Assembly (NCBI GenBank): GCA_041687695.1 | Contig: JAWLBL010000036.1 | Coordinates: 11,384 to 75,383 of the forward strand | Source: Myxococcota bacterium | Lineage (GTDB): Bacteria; Myxococcota_A; UBA9042; PHBI01; JAWLBL01 | Reading direction: 5' to 3' | DNA length: 64,000 bases | Shown here: one piece after another, positions 44,433 through 53,751 of the stretch | How positions within the stretch are numbered: position 1 is the first letter of the stretch | How the letters are laid out: each line of letters begins with the position of its first letter | The notes under the pieces: generated by a model | The model's input: the letters and a program-made list of their open reading frames with translations, nothing else | What the model was told of the DNA's origin: nothing | Database searches by the model: none | Program-made: the position numbers and the translations under genes

Positions 44433-44966
44433 TCAGTTGGGCTCGATCATCAAGGTGATGACGCGCCCCTCCTGGGCCGGCCGAGAGGCTGGCTTGCCGA
44501 CGTCACTCAGGCGCTGGAGCTGCTCGCGGAGCTTTTCGTACCAGCGGTCGGCGAGGTAGCGCTCGCGGCCGCGCAGGCGCATGACGAGGCGGACCTTGTC
44601 GCCCCGCTCGAGGAACTTGCTGGCCCGGTCGAGCTTGATGTCGAGGTTGTGGTCGTCGGTCTTGGGCCGCAGCTGGATGGTCTTCACCGTCACCGTGGAC
44701 GCCGACGCGGCGGCGGCCTTCTTGGACTGCTGATACTTGAACTTGCCGTAGTCCATGATGCGACAGACCGGCGGCCGGGCGTTGGGGGCGACCTCGACGA
44801 GGTCGAGCCCGCGCTCGCTGGCCAGCTCGCGCGCCTGGTCGGGCGACATGACGCCGAGCTGCTCGCCGTCGGGGTCGACGACGCGGACCTCGGGGAAGCG
44901 GATGGCGCGGTTCACGCGGTGCTGGGCGGTGGGCATCTCGAGGCTACGGGTCGTGCGGCGGCGCAT
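44433..44966 (-). CDS. infC: Translation initiation factor IF-3 (stand-alone copy)
   Basis: HRVNRAIRFPEVRVV, GLDLVEVAPNARPPVCRIMDYGKFKY, KTIQLRPKTDDH and GDKVRLVMRLRGRE; start uncertain (44966 or 44936). Confidence 0.95.
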   Translation of the reverse strand: MRRRTTRSLEMPTAQHRVNRAIRFPEVRVVDPDGEQLGVMSPDQARELASERGLDLVEVAPNARPPVCRIMDYGKFKYQQSKKAAAASASTVTVKTIQLRPKTDDHNLDIKLDRASKFLERGDKVRLVMRLRGRERYLADRWYEKLREQLQRLSDVGKPASRPAQEGRVITLMIEPN

Positions 44967-45171
44967 GATCCTCCGTGGGCTTGCGGTGATGGATGGGGCT
45001 GCGCTCGCCGGGGCCGAAGACACGCGAGGGCGAGGGGCCCCGAGGGAGCGCCCCGCCCTTCGGAACGCGAGGCGCCCGACCGGCAGACGAGGAAATCCTA
45101 ATCACCACCGGCCGTTGCGGCCAGGAAGCGGGCCGGGGCGCGTCAGGCGCGGAGGCCGGCGGGGCTCCGGG

Positions 45172-45990
45172 TCACTGCGGAGTCGTGTCCGCGAAGTGCC
45201 ACACCGGGATGTCGACGGCGAAGGTGAACCACCAGCTGTTGGGGGTCGGGGTCTGGCCGATCTCGGCCACCAGCGGCGTCACGGAGTTGAGCCAGGCGTT
45301 GAGCTGCGCGCCCACCTTCCAGCCCCAGGCCTGCTCCTGGACCGGATCGCCGTCGAGGGAGGCCTCGGCGCCGGGCGCCCCCAGGCCGCCCAACAGGAAG
45401 TGGGCCCAGAAGGCGTTGGTGCCGGTGACGTGCTCGCCGTCGATGAGGCGCGCGTTCCAGGTGTATTGGTAGCGAACGCCGGCCGCGAGGTGGGTGACGC
45501 GCTGCCAGTCGTCGCGGCGGCTGGTCTCGCCCGCGCCGGCCGGGAGGTTGAAGACCAGCGAGCCGTGGATGAGGCCGGCCTCCACCAGGAGGTGATCGGT
45601 GGTCGGCACCTCGACCTCGGTGTAGGTGGTCGTGATGTGGGTGGTCGTGCGGGACTGATCGAGGGCGTAGGCGTACGTCGACGACCCCTCCCAGCTGAAG
45701 AGCGGGTAGCCGGCGTACAGCTCCCACAGCAGGCTGCCCGATGAGTCGTCGTCCGCCTCGTTCAGGCCCACGCCCAGGTGGAGGCCCCCGCGGGTGTGCA
45801 GGAGCGCGGGCACATCGAAGCTGCCCGTGATGCGCAGATTGACGATGTGAAAGGGCGTGAGCAGGCCGAATCCCAGGGCGAGGTGGCCGACAGGCGGCTC
45901 GAAGGCCTGGTCGATGGGATCGGCGTGGGCCGTCTCGGCGGCGCACGGGAGGGAGAGGAGGACCAGCAGGGCGGCGCGCAGAAGTCTCAT
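45172..45990 (-). CDS. Hypothetical secreted or outer-membrane beta-rich protein
   Basis: GGAG RBS; signal peptide ending AHA-D; amphipathic beta-strands with an aromatic C-terminus. Confidence 0.65.
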   Translation of the reverse strand: MRLLRAALLVLLSLPCAAETAHADPIDQAFEPPVGHLALGFGLLTPFHIVNLRITGSFDVPALLHTRGGLHLGVGLNEADDDSSGSLLWELYAGYPLFSWEGSSTYAYALDQSRTTTHITTTYTEVEVPTTDHLLVEAGLIHGSLVFNLPAGAGETSRRDDWQRVTHLAAGVRYQYTWNARLIDGEHVTGTNAFWAHFLLGGLGAPGAEASLDGDPVQEQAWGWKVGAQLNAWLNSVTPLVAEIGQTPTPNSWWFTFAVDIPVWHFADTTPQ

Positions 45991-46249
45991 GTCGGGGTCT
46001 CCGCAAGGGGCCAATCACCTCGAAATGACAGGGGACTACGCGGGCTGCAAGCTCGCAGCGCGCCATCGGCGGCGCGGTGTGGCAAATTGAGCAGGGTTGC
46101 TCACGGGCGAGTGAGCAGGGGCGCTCACGGCGGCATCGGTTCGGGCGCCGCGCAGCGCTCCGGTCGGCTCACCGAGCCTGGCGGCGGTTGCGCGGGGGAT
46201 GGGGATGTGGTGGGGTCGGAGCTCGAGGCGAGCGCCGTGCGGGGGTGTC

Positions 46250-47824
46250 ATGTCGCGGGTCGGCCGGTGGAGCGCGCTGTTCGGGTTGGCGCTGGTGGGC
46301 GCCGGAGCGGGGCCGGCGGCCGCCACGCCGGGCGCGGACGGGCCTGCCGGGGTGCCGACGGGGCCCGCGCCGGCGGTCGAGGTCCGTGAGGGCGGGGACG
46401 TGCCGCGGCGCTGCCTCGGCTGGGCGCCGGAGGGCGAGCGGGTCTATGTGATCGAGCAGCGCTACGAGGGCGACCACCTGACGGAGCGCAGCGGGCGGGT
46501 CAGGCTGCTCGAGGTGGACGTCACACGGCAGCGGGTGAAGGTCGTCAGGCGCATCGCCGACGAGGCCGACGCGCGGTCGTGGCCGGCGCCGCACGCGGAC
46601 GGCTACGCGGACGACCGGGCGATGCTGCGGCTGGTGCGGGCCGTGCCGTGGCTGAACGCGTTCATCGCCAGGCGCGGACTCACGGCGTGCACGGCCGCCG
46701 AGGAGGCGGCGCCGTGGGCCTGGCTGGAGTGGCCGCGGGGACGTCCTCTGGTCGCCGCGGCGATGGGCGCGGTCGCGCGGCGCGGCTGGGAGTCGCCGGA
46801 GACCCTGGACGCCGCGGCGCCGCTGCTGGGGGTGCTGCTGGCCGCGCGACGTCCGGCCGCCCTCCTGACGCTGATCGAGCGGACCTCGCGGGATCCGCGT
46901 GAGGTGGTCGACCTCGAGGGGATCGCGCTGGAGGTCGAGCGGCTGGCGGCGCTCGCGCGGGCGCTCGGAGGCGCCAAGGACAGGGAGCTGCGGGCGCAGC
47001 TGCGGGCGGACTGGGCCAGGGTCGCGGACCTCGTCCGGGCGCAGGTGGCCGAGGCCGCCGAGCAGGACGACGCGCGGGACGTGGACGACACCGCCGTGCT
47101 GGCCTGGCGCGTGGTCGAGGTGCACGGCGAGCTGCGCCTGGGCGGCCGACCCGCCAAGGCCGTCGGGGTGGCCGAGCGCGCGACGCGGCCCGGGGCCGCG
47201 GAGGAGGTCGCGGTGGCGGCGGCGCGGGCGTGGGAGGCGCTGGGGGACACCAAGCGTTCGGAGGCGGCGCTGGCCGCGGTGCAGCAGCCCGAGGGTCGGC
47301 TGGAGGTGCGGCTGGCGGCCGTGCAGCGGCGCATGCGGCGCGGCGACGCCAAGCGGGCTGCGGCCGCCGTCGCGGCGCTGGAAGGCGAGCTGAGCGCCCT
47401 GGCGGGGCGGGCGGACCCGCCGCTGGAGGAGCTGGCCGCCGGCTGGCTCGAGGCCGGGCTGTCGAGGGCGCGGCTGGGGGATCCCGAAGCCGCCCGCGCG
47501 GCGCTGGCGAGGGCCGGCGCCAGCGATGAGAGCGCCACCCTGCTCGCGCGTCTGGCGGCCGAGCCGCCGCACGAGGTCACGCTGCCCGCATCGGTGGAGC
47601 GCTCGGCCCTGCTGGCGGCCGCCCAGGAGGGCCCGCCGCAGCTCTCCGAGCGGCTGGAGACGCTGCTGGCCGAGGCGTTGGCCGCCCGGGGCGACGACGA
47701 GGCCGCCCTGCAGATCGCGGAGGAGGGCGCGCGCGATTCGTTGCCCCTTCGCATCGCCGCGCAGCTGCTGGCTCGGGGTCACCGCCCCTCGGCGGCGCTG
47801 CTGAAGGAGCTGGACGACCTCTGA
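46250..47824 (+). CDS. Hypothetical secreted protein with an alpha-helical (TPR-like) C-terminus
   Basis: Signal-like N-terminus; Ala/Leu-rich helical repeats; codon usage fits this frame. Confidence 0.6.
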   Translation: MSRVGRWSALFGLALVGAGAGPAAATPGADGPAGVPTGPAPAVEVREGGDVPRRCLGWAPEGERVYVIEQRYEGDHLTERSGRVRLLEVDVTRQRVKVVRRIADEADARSWPAPHADGYADDRAMLRLVRAVPWLNAFIARRGLTACTAAEEAAPWAWLEWPRGRPLVAAAMGAVARRGWESPETLDAAAPLLGVLLAARRPAALLTLIERTSRDPREVVDLEGIALEVERLAALARALGGAKDRELRAQLRADWARVADLVRAQVAEAAEQDDARDVDDTAVLAWRVVEVHGELRLGGRPAKAVGVAERATRPGAAEEVAVAAARAWEALGDTKRSEAALAAVQQPEGRLEVRLAAVQRRMRRGDAKRAAAAVAALEGELSALAGRADPPLEELAAGWLEAGLSRARLGDPEAARAALARAGASDESATLLARLAAEPPHEVTLPASVERSALLAAAQEGPPQLSERLETLLAEALAARGDDEAALQIAEEGARDSLPLRIAAQLLARGHRPSAALLKELDDL

Positions 47825-47902
47825 GGCGCGGTGGGGCGGCGCCGCCGACGCGTTCCGGGGCGGTGGTGTCGGCAGGCTGGAGGGTCACCAGCCCGCACGA
47901 GG

Positions 47903-50900
47903 TCACATGACGTCGGGGCCGACGTTCTCGATGAAGCAGTCGTCGGGGTGGCCGAAGGCGAGCGGGTAGATGAAGCCCTCGGGGAGGTACTTGGCGGGGA
48001 CCGGGGCGCCGTTGAGGTTGAGGTCCATGCCGTCGTCGTCCCAGGCGTCGTAGGCGGCCTGGTTGGCCTTGGCGCGGGCGTCGAAGGCGGCGATGAGCTG
48101 GGCGGGGGGCGTGCCGGGGACGTAGTCGTCGCCGATGAGGTTGGCGAAGATGGCGTCGCGCTGGGCGGCGACGAAGGGCGGGTCGTAGGTGACGACGGCC
48201 AGCTCGCCTTCGTAGAGCAGGCCGCGGTTGTTGGAGTTGCAGGAGCCGACCTCGAGCCAGACGTCGTCGATGACGACCAGCTTGGAGTGCAGGGAGTGGG
48301 GGACGAAGTGGGCGTCGACCTCGTCGATGCAGAAGGTGCAGTCCGTGTCGACGTAGTCGAAGCTGCGCGTGGCGTAGGTGCGGTAGCGGGTGGGGAACTG
48401 GGCGGCGAGCTGCTGGTGGAGCTTGTAGGTCTGGAAGCAGCCGGGGTCGACCCACTCGTTGATGGGGTTGGTGACGACGATGAGGACGAGGCCGGGGACC
48501 TCGGCCATGCGGGCGGCGATGCGGTCGACCAGGATGGGGGCGCGGAAGTACTGGTCCTCGATGAAGATGTAGTCCGTCGCCTGTGAGACGGCGCGGAGCA
48601 GGGCGTCGAGGATGGCGTTGTCGTCGAAGGGCGCGGGCATGGTGGCGACGACCTGCACCTGCTGGCCGTCGGCGAAGGGGGCCGAGGGCGCGGCCGGGGT
48701 GAAGGGGGTCGACAGGTCGGCGTGCTGGACGTCGGCGGCGAGCTGGTGCTGCCAGCGCGTGTGGAAGATGGCCTCGACGTCGGCGGCGGCGGGGCCGTCG
48801 AGGCGGGCCATGTAGTCCTTGCGCGGGGTGAAGCTGGGCTTGGAGAGCTTGTCCATGACCTTCTGGCGGGCCGAGGAGGAGGCGTCGAAGGCCATACGCA
48901 GGGGGTCGAAGACGAGGTGGTCGGAGGTGTCCCAGTCGGTGGTCTTGAAGTTCATGCCGCCGACGAAGGAGACCTGGCCGTCGATGGTCAGGAACTTCTG
49001 GTGCCAGGAGGCGATGGGCAGGTTGAGCCAGCCGAGGCCGAGCGGGACGGCGCTGGTGTTGACCTGGATGGGCGGAGAGAAGGCCGGGTGCGGCGCGGCG
49101 GCGACCGGGGTGGGGGCGGCGGCGGTCGGGGCGTCGGAGGCGAGGACGCGGGCGGCGAAGTCGACCGGCTGGGGGGTGACGGTGAACTTGCCGTGGGCCT
49201 CGTTGGCCATGCCCATGAACTCGAAGTCGTCGGCGGGGGTGGTGGCCTTGGCCTCGAGGGCGTCGTCGATGGTGACGCCGCTGAGCAGGCCGTCCTGGCT
49301 GTAGAACTGGCCGACCAGGACGCGGCGGGCGACGCCTTCGAGGGCCTCGAGGCGGCCCATGATGGTGTTGAGCCACCGCTCGTCGGAGGGCAGCCAGGGG
49401 TGGAGCGCGGGGTCGCGGAGGACCTCGACGTCGCTGGTCCACCACCAGCTCGAGGCGTTGACGCGCTCGGTGGCGAGGGTGAGCTCGGCGGCGACGGTGG
49501 CCCAGGCCTCCTCGCCGTCGCGGAGCAGGGTGAGGCGGGTGCCGTGGCGCGGGGGACGGCCGCTGGGGGCGAACCAGCGGTGGGCGAGGCCGGCGTAGAG
49601 GGTGTAGTGGCGGACCTGCTGGTCGCCGAGCTGGCGGAGGTCGGTGGTGAGGGACCAGGCGGTCTTGGGCTGGCCGGCGGCGGACTTCCAGGTGAGGGCG
49701 CCGGGGCCGCCGCCGCCCGCGTAGGCGAGGGTGCCGACGAGGGGGTCGTGGAGGGCGGCGGAGACGTCGACGGCGAGGCTGGTCTTGCCGCACAGGGGGA
49801 CGGTGAAGACGCCGCCCGGGGCAGAGGCGAGGGGCTCGCCGTCGGGGCCGGTGACGGTGAGGGCGGCGTCGGGGAGCGGCTGGGCCCAGACGTCGAGCGG
49901 GACGATCTCGAGCAGGGCGGTCTGGGCGCCGCAGCCGTCCGGGGCCCAGGCGCACTCGCAGAGGTCGCCGGCGCAGGCGGCGCCGCAGGCTGGGGCGGCG
50001 TCGGCGCACTGGTCGTCCCAGGCGACCTGGCAGCAGTAGGTGTCGTCGGCGCAGACGCAGGCCTCGACCGCGGGGTCGCCGCAGCCGGGCGCGTCCGCGG
50101 CGTCGCAGCAGTCGCCGCCGCCGCAGGCGCCGCAGTCGTCCGGGCAGGTGGCGCAGGACTCGGCGCCGTCGCACAGGCCGTCGCCGCAGGTCGGCGCGGG
50201 GGCGTCGCAGGTGGCGGCGCAGGTGTCGATGGCGCCCAGGACGCACAGGCTGTCCCAGGCGGTCGCGCAGCAGAAGGGGTCTGCCTGGCAGACGCAGGCC
50301 TCGAGGCTGGGGACCTCGCAGCCGGCGTCGGCGCGGGCCTGGCAGCAGTCGCCGGGGTCGCAGGGGCCGCAGTCGGCGGGGCAGGCGCCGCAGTCCTCGA
50401 CGTCATCGCAGACGCCGTCGCCGCACTGGGGGGCCATGGCGCAGCCGGCGGCGCAGTCGTCGGCGGCCTGCTCGACGCAAAGGGCGTCCCACTCGACCTG
50501 GCAGCAGTAGGCGTCGAGGTCGCAGACGCACTGGGTGGTGGCCTGCGAGGCGCAGGCCGGCGCGTCATGGGGCGCGCAGCAGTCGCCCGACCCGGCGCAG
50601 AAGCCGCAGTCGCCGGGGCACGAGGCGCACGACTCGTCGGGGCCGCAGACGCCGTCGCCGCACTCAGCGTCGCCGGGGCCCGGGCCGGCGGCGCCGCAGC
50701 CGGCGAAGCACAGGACCGTGGCGGCCTCGACGCACTTGCCGGTCCAGGCGCCGTCCTCGGGGTCGCAGCAGACCGGCAGGTGGGCGCAGACGCAGTCCAT
50801 GATGGCCGGGTCGGCGCAGCCGGGGGCGTCGCTGAGCTCGCAGCAGGTGTTCTCGGGGGCCGGCTGGGCGTCCGCAAGGTCGCCTTCGGCGTCGCCGGCG

Positions 50901-51118
50901 TCGGGGACGGCGGTGTCGGGCAGCTCGGGCGCGAGCGTGTCCTCGGGCGGGGTCTCGGCGTCGGGCTCGGCGTCGGCGACGTCCTGCGCCGTGACGTCCT
51001 GCGCGGCGCCATCCGGCTGCGCGGCGTCCACCAGCCCCTTGGGCCCGGTCGCGGTCGCGCCGTCGCCGCAGCCCATCACCAGGACGGCGGCCACGGCCGC
51101 GGCCAGGACCTTCCACAT
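47903..51118 (-). CDS. Phospholipase D family lipoprotein with N-terminal Cys-rich repeats
   Basis: Lipobox VMGC; four CC..C..CVC..CC..W..C repeats and three CGDGxC repeats; two HKD motifs (WHQKFLTIDG, LHSKLVVIDD); FIEDQYF. Confidence 0.9.
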   Translation of the reverse strand: MWKVLAAAVAAVLVMGCGDGATATGPKGLVDAAQPDGAAQDVTAQDVADAEPDAETPPEDTLAPELPDTAVPDAGDAEGDLADAQPAPENTCCELSDAPGCADPAIMDCVCAHLPVCCDPEDGAWTGKCVEAATVLCFAGCGAAGPGPGDAECGDGVCGPDESCASCPGDCGFCAGSGDCCAPHDAPACASQATTQCVCDLDAYCCQVEWDALCVEQAADDCAAGCAMAPQCGDGVCDDVEDCGACPADCGPCDPGDCCQARADAGCEVPSLEACVCQADPFCCATAWDSLCVLGAIDTCAATCDAPAPTCGDGLCDGAESCATCPDDCGACGGGDCCDAADAPGCGDPAVEACVCADDTYCCQVAWDDQCADAAPACGAACAGDLCECAWAPDGCGAQTALLEIVPLDVWAQPLPDAALTVTGPDGEPLASAPGGVFTVPLCGKTSLAVDVSAALHDPLVGTLAYAGGGGPGALTWKSAAGQPKTAWSLTTDLRQLGDQQVRHYTLYAGLAHRWFAPSGRPPRHGTRLTLLRDGEEAWATVAAELTLATERVNASSWWWTSDVEVLRDPALHPWLPSDERWLNTIMGRLEALEGVARRVLVGQFYSQDGLLSGVTIDDALEAKATTPADDFEFMGMANEAHGKFTVTPQPVDFAARVLASDAPTAAAPTPVAAAPHPAFSPPIQVNTSAVPLGLGWLNLPIASWHQKFLTIDGQVSFVGGMNFKTTDWDTSDHLVFDPLRMAFDASSSARQKVMDKLSKPSFTPRKDYMARLDGPAAADVEAIFHTRWQHQLAADVQHADLSTPFTPAAPSAPFADGQQVQVVATMPAPFDDNAILDALLRAVSQATDYIFIEDQYFRAPILVDRIAARMAEVPGLVLIVVTNPINEWVDPGCFQTYKLHQQLAAQFPTRYRTYATRSFDYVDTDCTFCIDEVDAHFVPHSLHSKLVVIDDVWLEVGSCNSNNRGLLYEGELAVVTYDPPFVAAQRDAIFANLIGDDYVPGTPPAQLIAAFDARAKANQAAYDAWDDDGMDLNLNGAPVPAKYLPEGFIYPLAFGHPDDCFIENVGPDVM

Positions 51119-51369
51119 CCTCGAGTCACCCTTCGCTCGCATCGCCCTACCCCGCTCGTCCGGCGCGCCGCCGCTCGGCCCGGGCCCCCACAGCCCGCGC
51201 TCATCCCCAACGGCGTTCGGCGGACCGTACCCCCGCCGGGGCGGGTTCGCCAAGGGCACCCTGGTGGGACGGCGAGCGGGCGGGCCGGGCTCTGTGAGAT
51301 CCGGGTGTGTTGACAGGGCGCGAGGGGCCGGCGAAGGATGCCGCGCGTTCCTTCGACCCGGGAGTCTCC

Positions 51370-52911
51370 ATGCGATTCGCCGTTCCGCTCGTCTTTTCGA
51401 TGGCTTGCGTCGCCCTGGCGGCGTGTGGAAGCAAGGAGGCGCCGGTGGAGGCGCGCGGGGCCTCGGGCACGGTGGCCGCGGCGCCCAACGGGGCGCAGGC
51501 GGTCGAGGCGCCCAACGGGGCGGAGGCGGTCGAGCCGGCGCAGGGCGCGGGCGCGGAGCCCGCGGCCGAGGCTGCGGCGGGGACCGCGGAGGCGAGCGCG
51601 CGCGCGGCGGTGGCCGCCGAGGCGCCGATCTATCTGGTCTGGACCTCTGGGGAGGACGGCGACGAGACGGTCTGGCTGGCGCCGGGGGCCCAGGGTGAGC
51701 ACGAGGCGCTCGCCCGAAGGCCGCAGGTCGTGGCGTTTGCCGAGGGCACGCTGTGGGGCCTCGAGGAGCCCAAGGTGACCTTCCGGGCCGTCACGTGCCA
51801 GGACTTCAACGACGATGTGCTCGACCGCCCGGGGCCGCCGGCGACCTTGCCGTACCTGGCGGCGCGCGGGTTGGCGGGGGCGCGGAAGGGGGCGGTGGCC
51901 GAGGTCACGTCGCCCAAGTCGCAGTACTTCGACGGGGAGGCGGACGCGAAGGGTGTCTATCGTCTCATCGGCGAGCACTGGGGGCGCAAGGCCTCCGTCG
52001 CCGGCGGGTGGCCGGGGGTGCTGATGGCGGTGGACTGCGAGGGCGCCTACAGCTGCGGCGCGCACGGCGATCATGGCTGCCGGTTCGCCACCCATCGGTT
52101 CGGGGCGGAGGCGGGGGCCGATCCGATGCCAGCGGTGACCGAGGCGCTCGCGGGCGACACGGAGGCGCTGCTGAAGACCTGGAAGCGCGAGTCCGAAGGC
52201 GAGGTCGAGGAGGCCGCGGTCAAGGCCGTGTACCAGCGCGTCCGGGGCGGACGGCCGACGATCGAGTACGTGCTGGTGGCCGACACGTCGTACGCGGCGG
52301 GGACGGGTGACTGGGGCAGCTATACGCAGACCCGCAGCCACTTCGGGCCGGCCGTGGCGGCGCTGGGGATGCCCGCGGTGCCCGAGGCGGTGGCCAAGCA
52401 GGTGGCGCGGCTGCCGGAGCGGGCCACGTTCGGGTGGTCGGTGGTCCCGCCGGGGGCCGCGGCCGAGGTGAGGGCGGCGTTCGAGGAGGTGGCCTCGGTG
52501 CGCAAGCGCGAGGTCGAGCCCAGGGAGCGCGCCGAGGCCGTCAAGGACACGGCGACGGTCCTGGCGAAGGTGAACGAGGGGCGGGCGCTGACGAAGGCGA
52601 AGCGATACGCCGACGCCATCGGCGCCTTCGACGTGGCGATCGCCATGGACTCGGCCAGCGCGCGGGCTTGGTCGGGCCGGGGGTACGCCAAGCTGCTCGC
52701 GGGCGACCTGCAGGGCGCCGAGGCCGACCTGCGCGAGGCGCTCAAGCACGACGCCTCGGCCAAGTTCCAGGCGGCGGTCTCGTTCAACCTGGGGGAGGTC
52801 GCCGAGCGGCGGGGCGACCGCGCGGCCGCCGTGAGGCACTACGAGCGGGCGCTGGAGCTGGCGCCTTCGGACGCGGCGCGGCGTCGCCTGGAGGCGCTGC
52901 GCGGGCGGTGA
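51370..52911 (+). CDS. Tetratricopeptide repeat lipoprotein
   Basis: GGGAG RBS; lipobox LAAC; C-terminal TPRs (ARAWSGRGYAKLLAGDLQGAEADLREAL, FNLGEVAERRGD). Confidence 0.85.
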   Translation: MRFAVPLVFSMACVALAACGSKEAPVEARGASGTVAAAPNGAQAVEAPNGAEAVEPAQGAGAEPAAEAAAGTAEASARAAVAAEAPIYLVWTSGEDGDETVWLAPGAQGEHEALARRPQVVAFAEGTLWGLEEPKVTFRAVTCQDFNDDVLDRPGPPATLPYLAARGLAGARKGAVAEVTSPKSQYFDGEADAKGVYRLIGEHWGRKASVAGGWPGVLMAVDCEGAYSCGAHGDHGCRFATHRFGAEAGADPMPAVTEALAGDTEALLKTWKRESEGEVEEAAVKAVYQRVRGGRPTIEYVLVADTSYAAGTGDWGSYTQTRSHFGPAVAALGMPAVPEAVAKQVARLPERATFGWSVVPPGAAAEVRAAFEEVASVRKREVEPRERAEAVKDTATVLAKVNEGRALTKAKRYADAIGAFDVAIAMDSASARAWSGRGYAKLLAGDLQGAEADLREALKHDASAKFQAAVSFNLGEVAERRGDRAAAVRHYERALELAPSDAARRRLEALRGR

Positions 52912-53022
52912 GCGAGCGGGGCCTTCGAGCGGGGCGGCCGTGCGCTGCGCCCGCTCGACATGGGGGGCGTGGGACTGGATACTCGCGGGCGTTCGTCGCC
53001 TGCGCCCGAAGGAGGCTCGCCG

Positions 53023-53550
53023 ATGCGCTTCGCCCTGGCCACCGCCGCCCTCGTCCTGTCGGTCCTTGCCGCGTGCTCGCCTTCGGTGGTGCTCAACCCG
53101 GGCGACCTGGCGCCGGACTTCGCCCTGCCCGGCTCGGATGGGCAGACGCACCGGCTGAGCGAGCTGAAGGGCCGGACGGTCGTCGTCGCGTGGTTCCCCA
53201 AGTCGTTCACCGGCGGTTGAACGGCCGAGTGCCGGTCGCTCCGTGAGAGCGGCGATGCCATCCGCGCCTTCGACGTCGTCCTGTTCGCGGCCAGCACCCA
53301 GGACGCCGAGACCAACCGCCGGTTTGCCGAGTCGCTGGAGCTGGACTACCCCATCCTGAGCGACCCCGACGGCGAGACGGCCGAGCGCTACGGCGTGCTG
53401 ATGCCGGCCCTGCCGCTGGCGCGCCGCTGGACGTTCTACATCGGGCCCGACGGGCGCATCCTGCACATCGACAAGGACGTGCAGACCGCTCGGCACGGCC
53501 AGCACGTGGCCGAGCAGCTCGAGCGTCTGGAGACGCCGCGGCGGCCTTGA
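53023..53550 (+). CDS. Selenocysteine-containing peroxiredoxin (BCP/PrxQ-like), lipoprotein
   Basis: AGGAGG RBS; APDFALPGSDG..AWFPKSFTGG-TGA(53218-53220)-TAECRSLR..NRRFAESLELDYPILSDPDG..ARRWTFYIGPDGRI. The frame stays open and homologous up to the TGA at 53548-53550. Confidence 0.88.
53235..53253 (+). promoter_or_regulatory. Candidate bacterial SECIS hairpin
   Basis: GTCGCTC-CGTGA-GAGCGGC starts 14 nt after the in-frame TGA; G at the second loop position. Confidence 0.6.
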
Positions 53551-53751
53551 GCCGGCGGCGCCGCGCGCGTTGGGCCACGGTAGACGCCCGTGTCTTGGTT
53601 CTCGAGCAGGGCTTCGACTTCGTCGACCCGATCGTGGGGTCGACCGGCGAACCAGGCCCGCAAGGCGTCGCTGGAGACGACGGGAGCTCCTTGGCGACGC
53701 GACAGGAACAGGTCATGACTCGTGGGGGGGTCGAGTCTTGGGCAAACCGGT

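Noticed and set aside
52960..53220. Truncated 86-aa peroxiredoxin or pseudogene
   Set aside because: The stop falls exactly on the catalytic Cys and the frame continues intact with a SECIS-like hairpin; Sec recoding fits better.
53551..53751. Small gene between the peroxiredoxin and the radical SAM gene
   Set aside because: A protein-like stretch (DALRAWFAGRPHDRVDEVEALLENQDTG) exists on the minus strand but has no convincing start or stop; at most a fragment.
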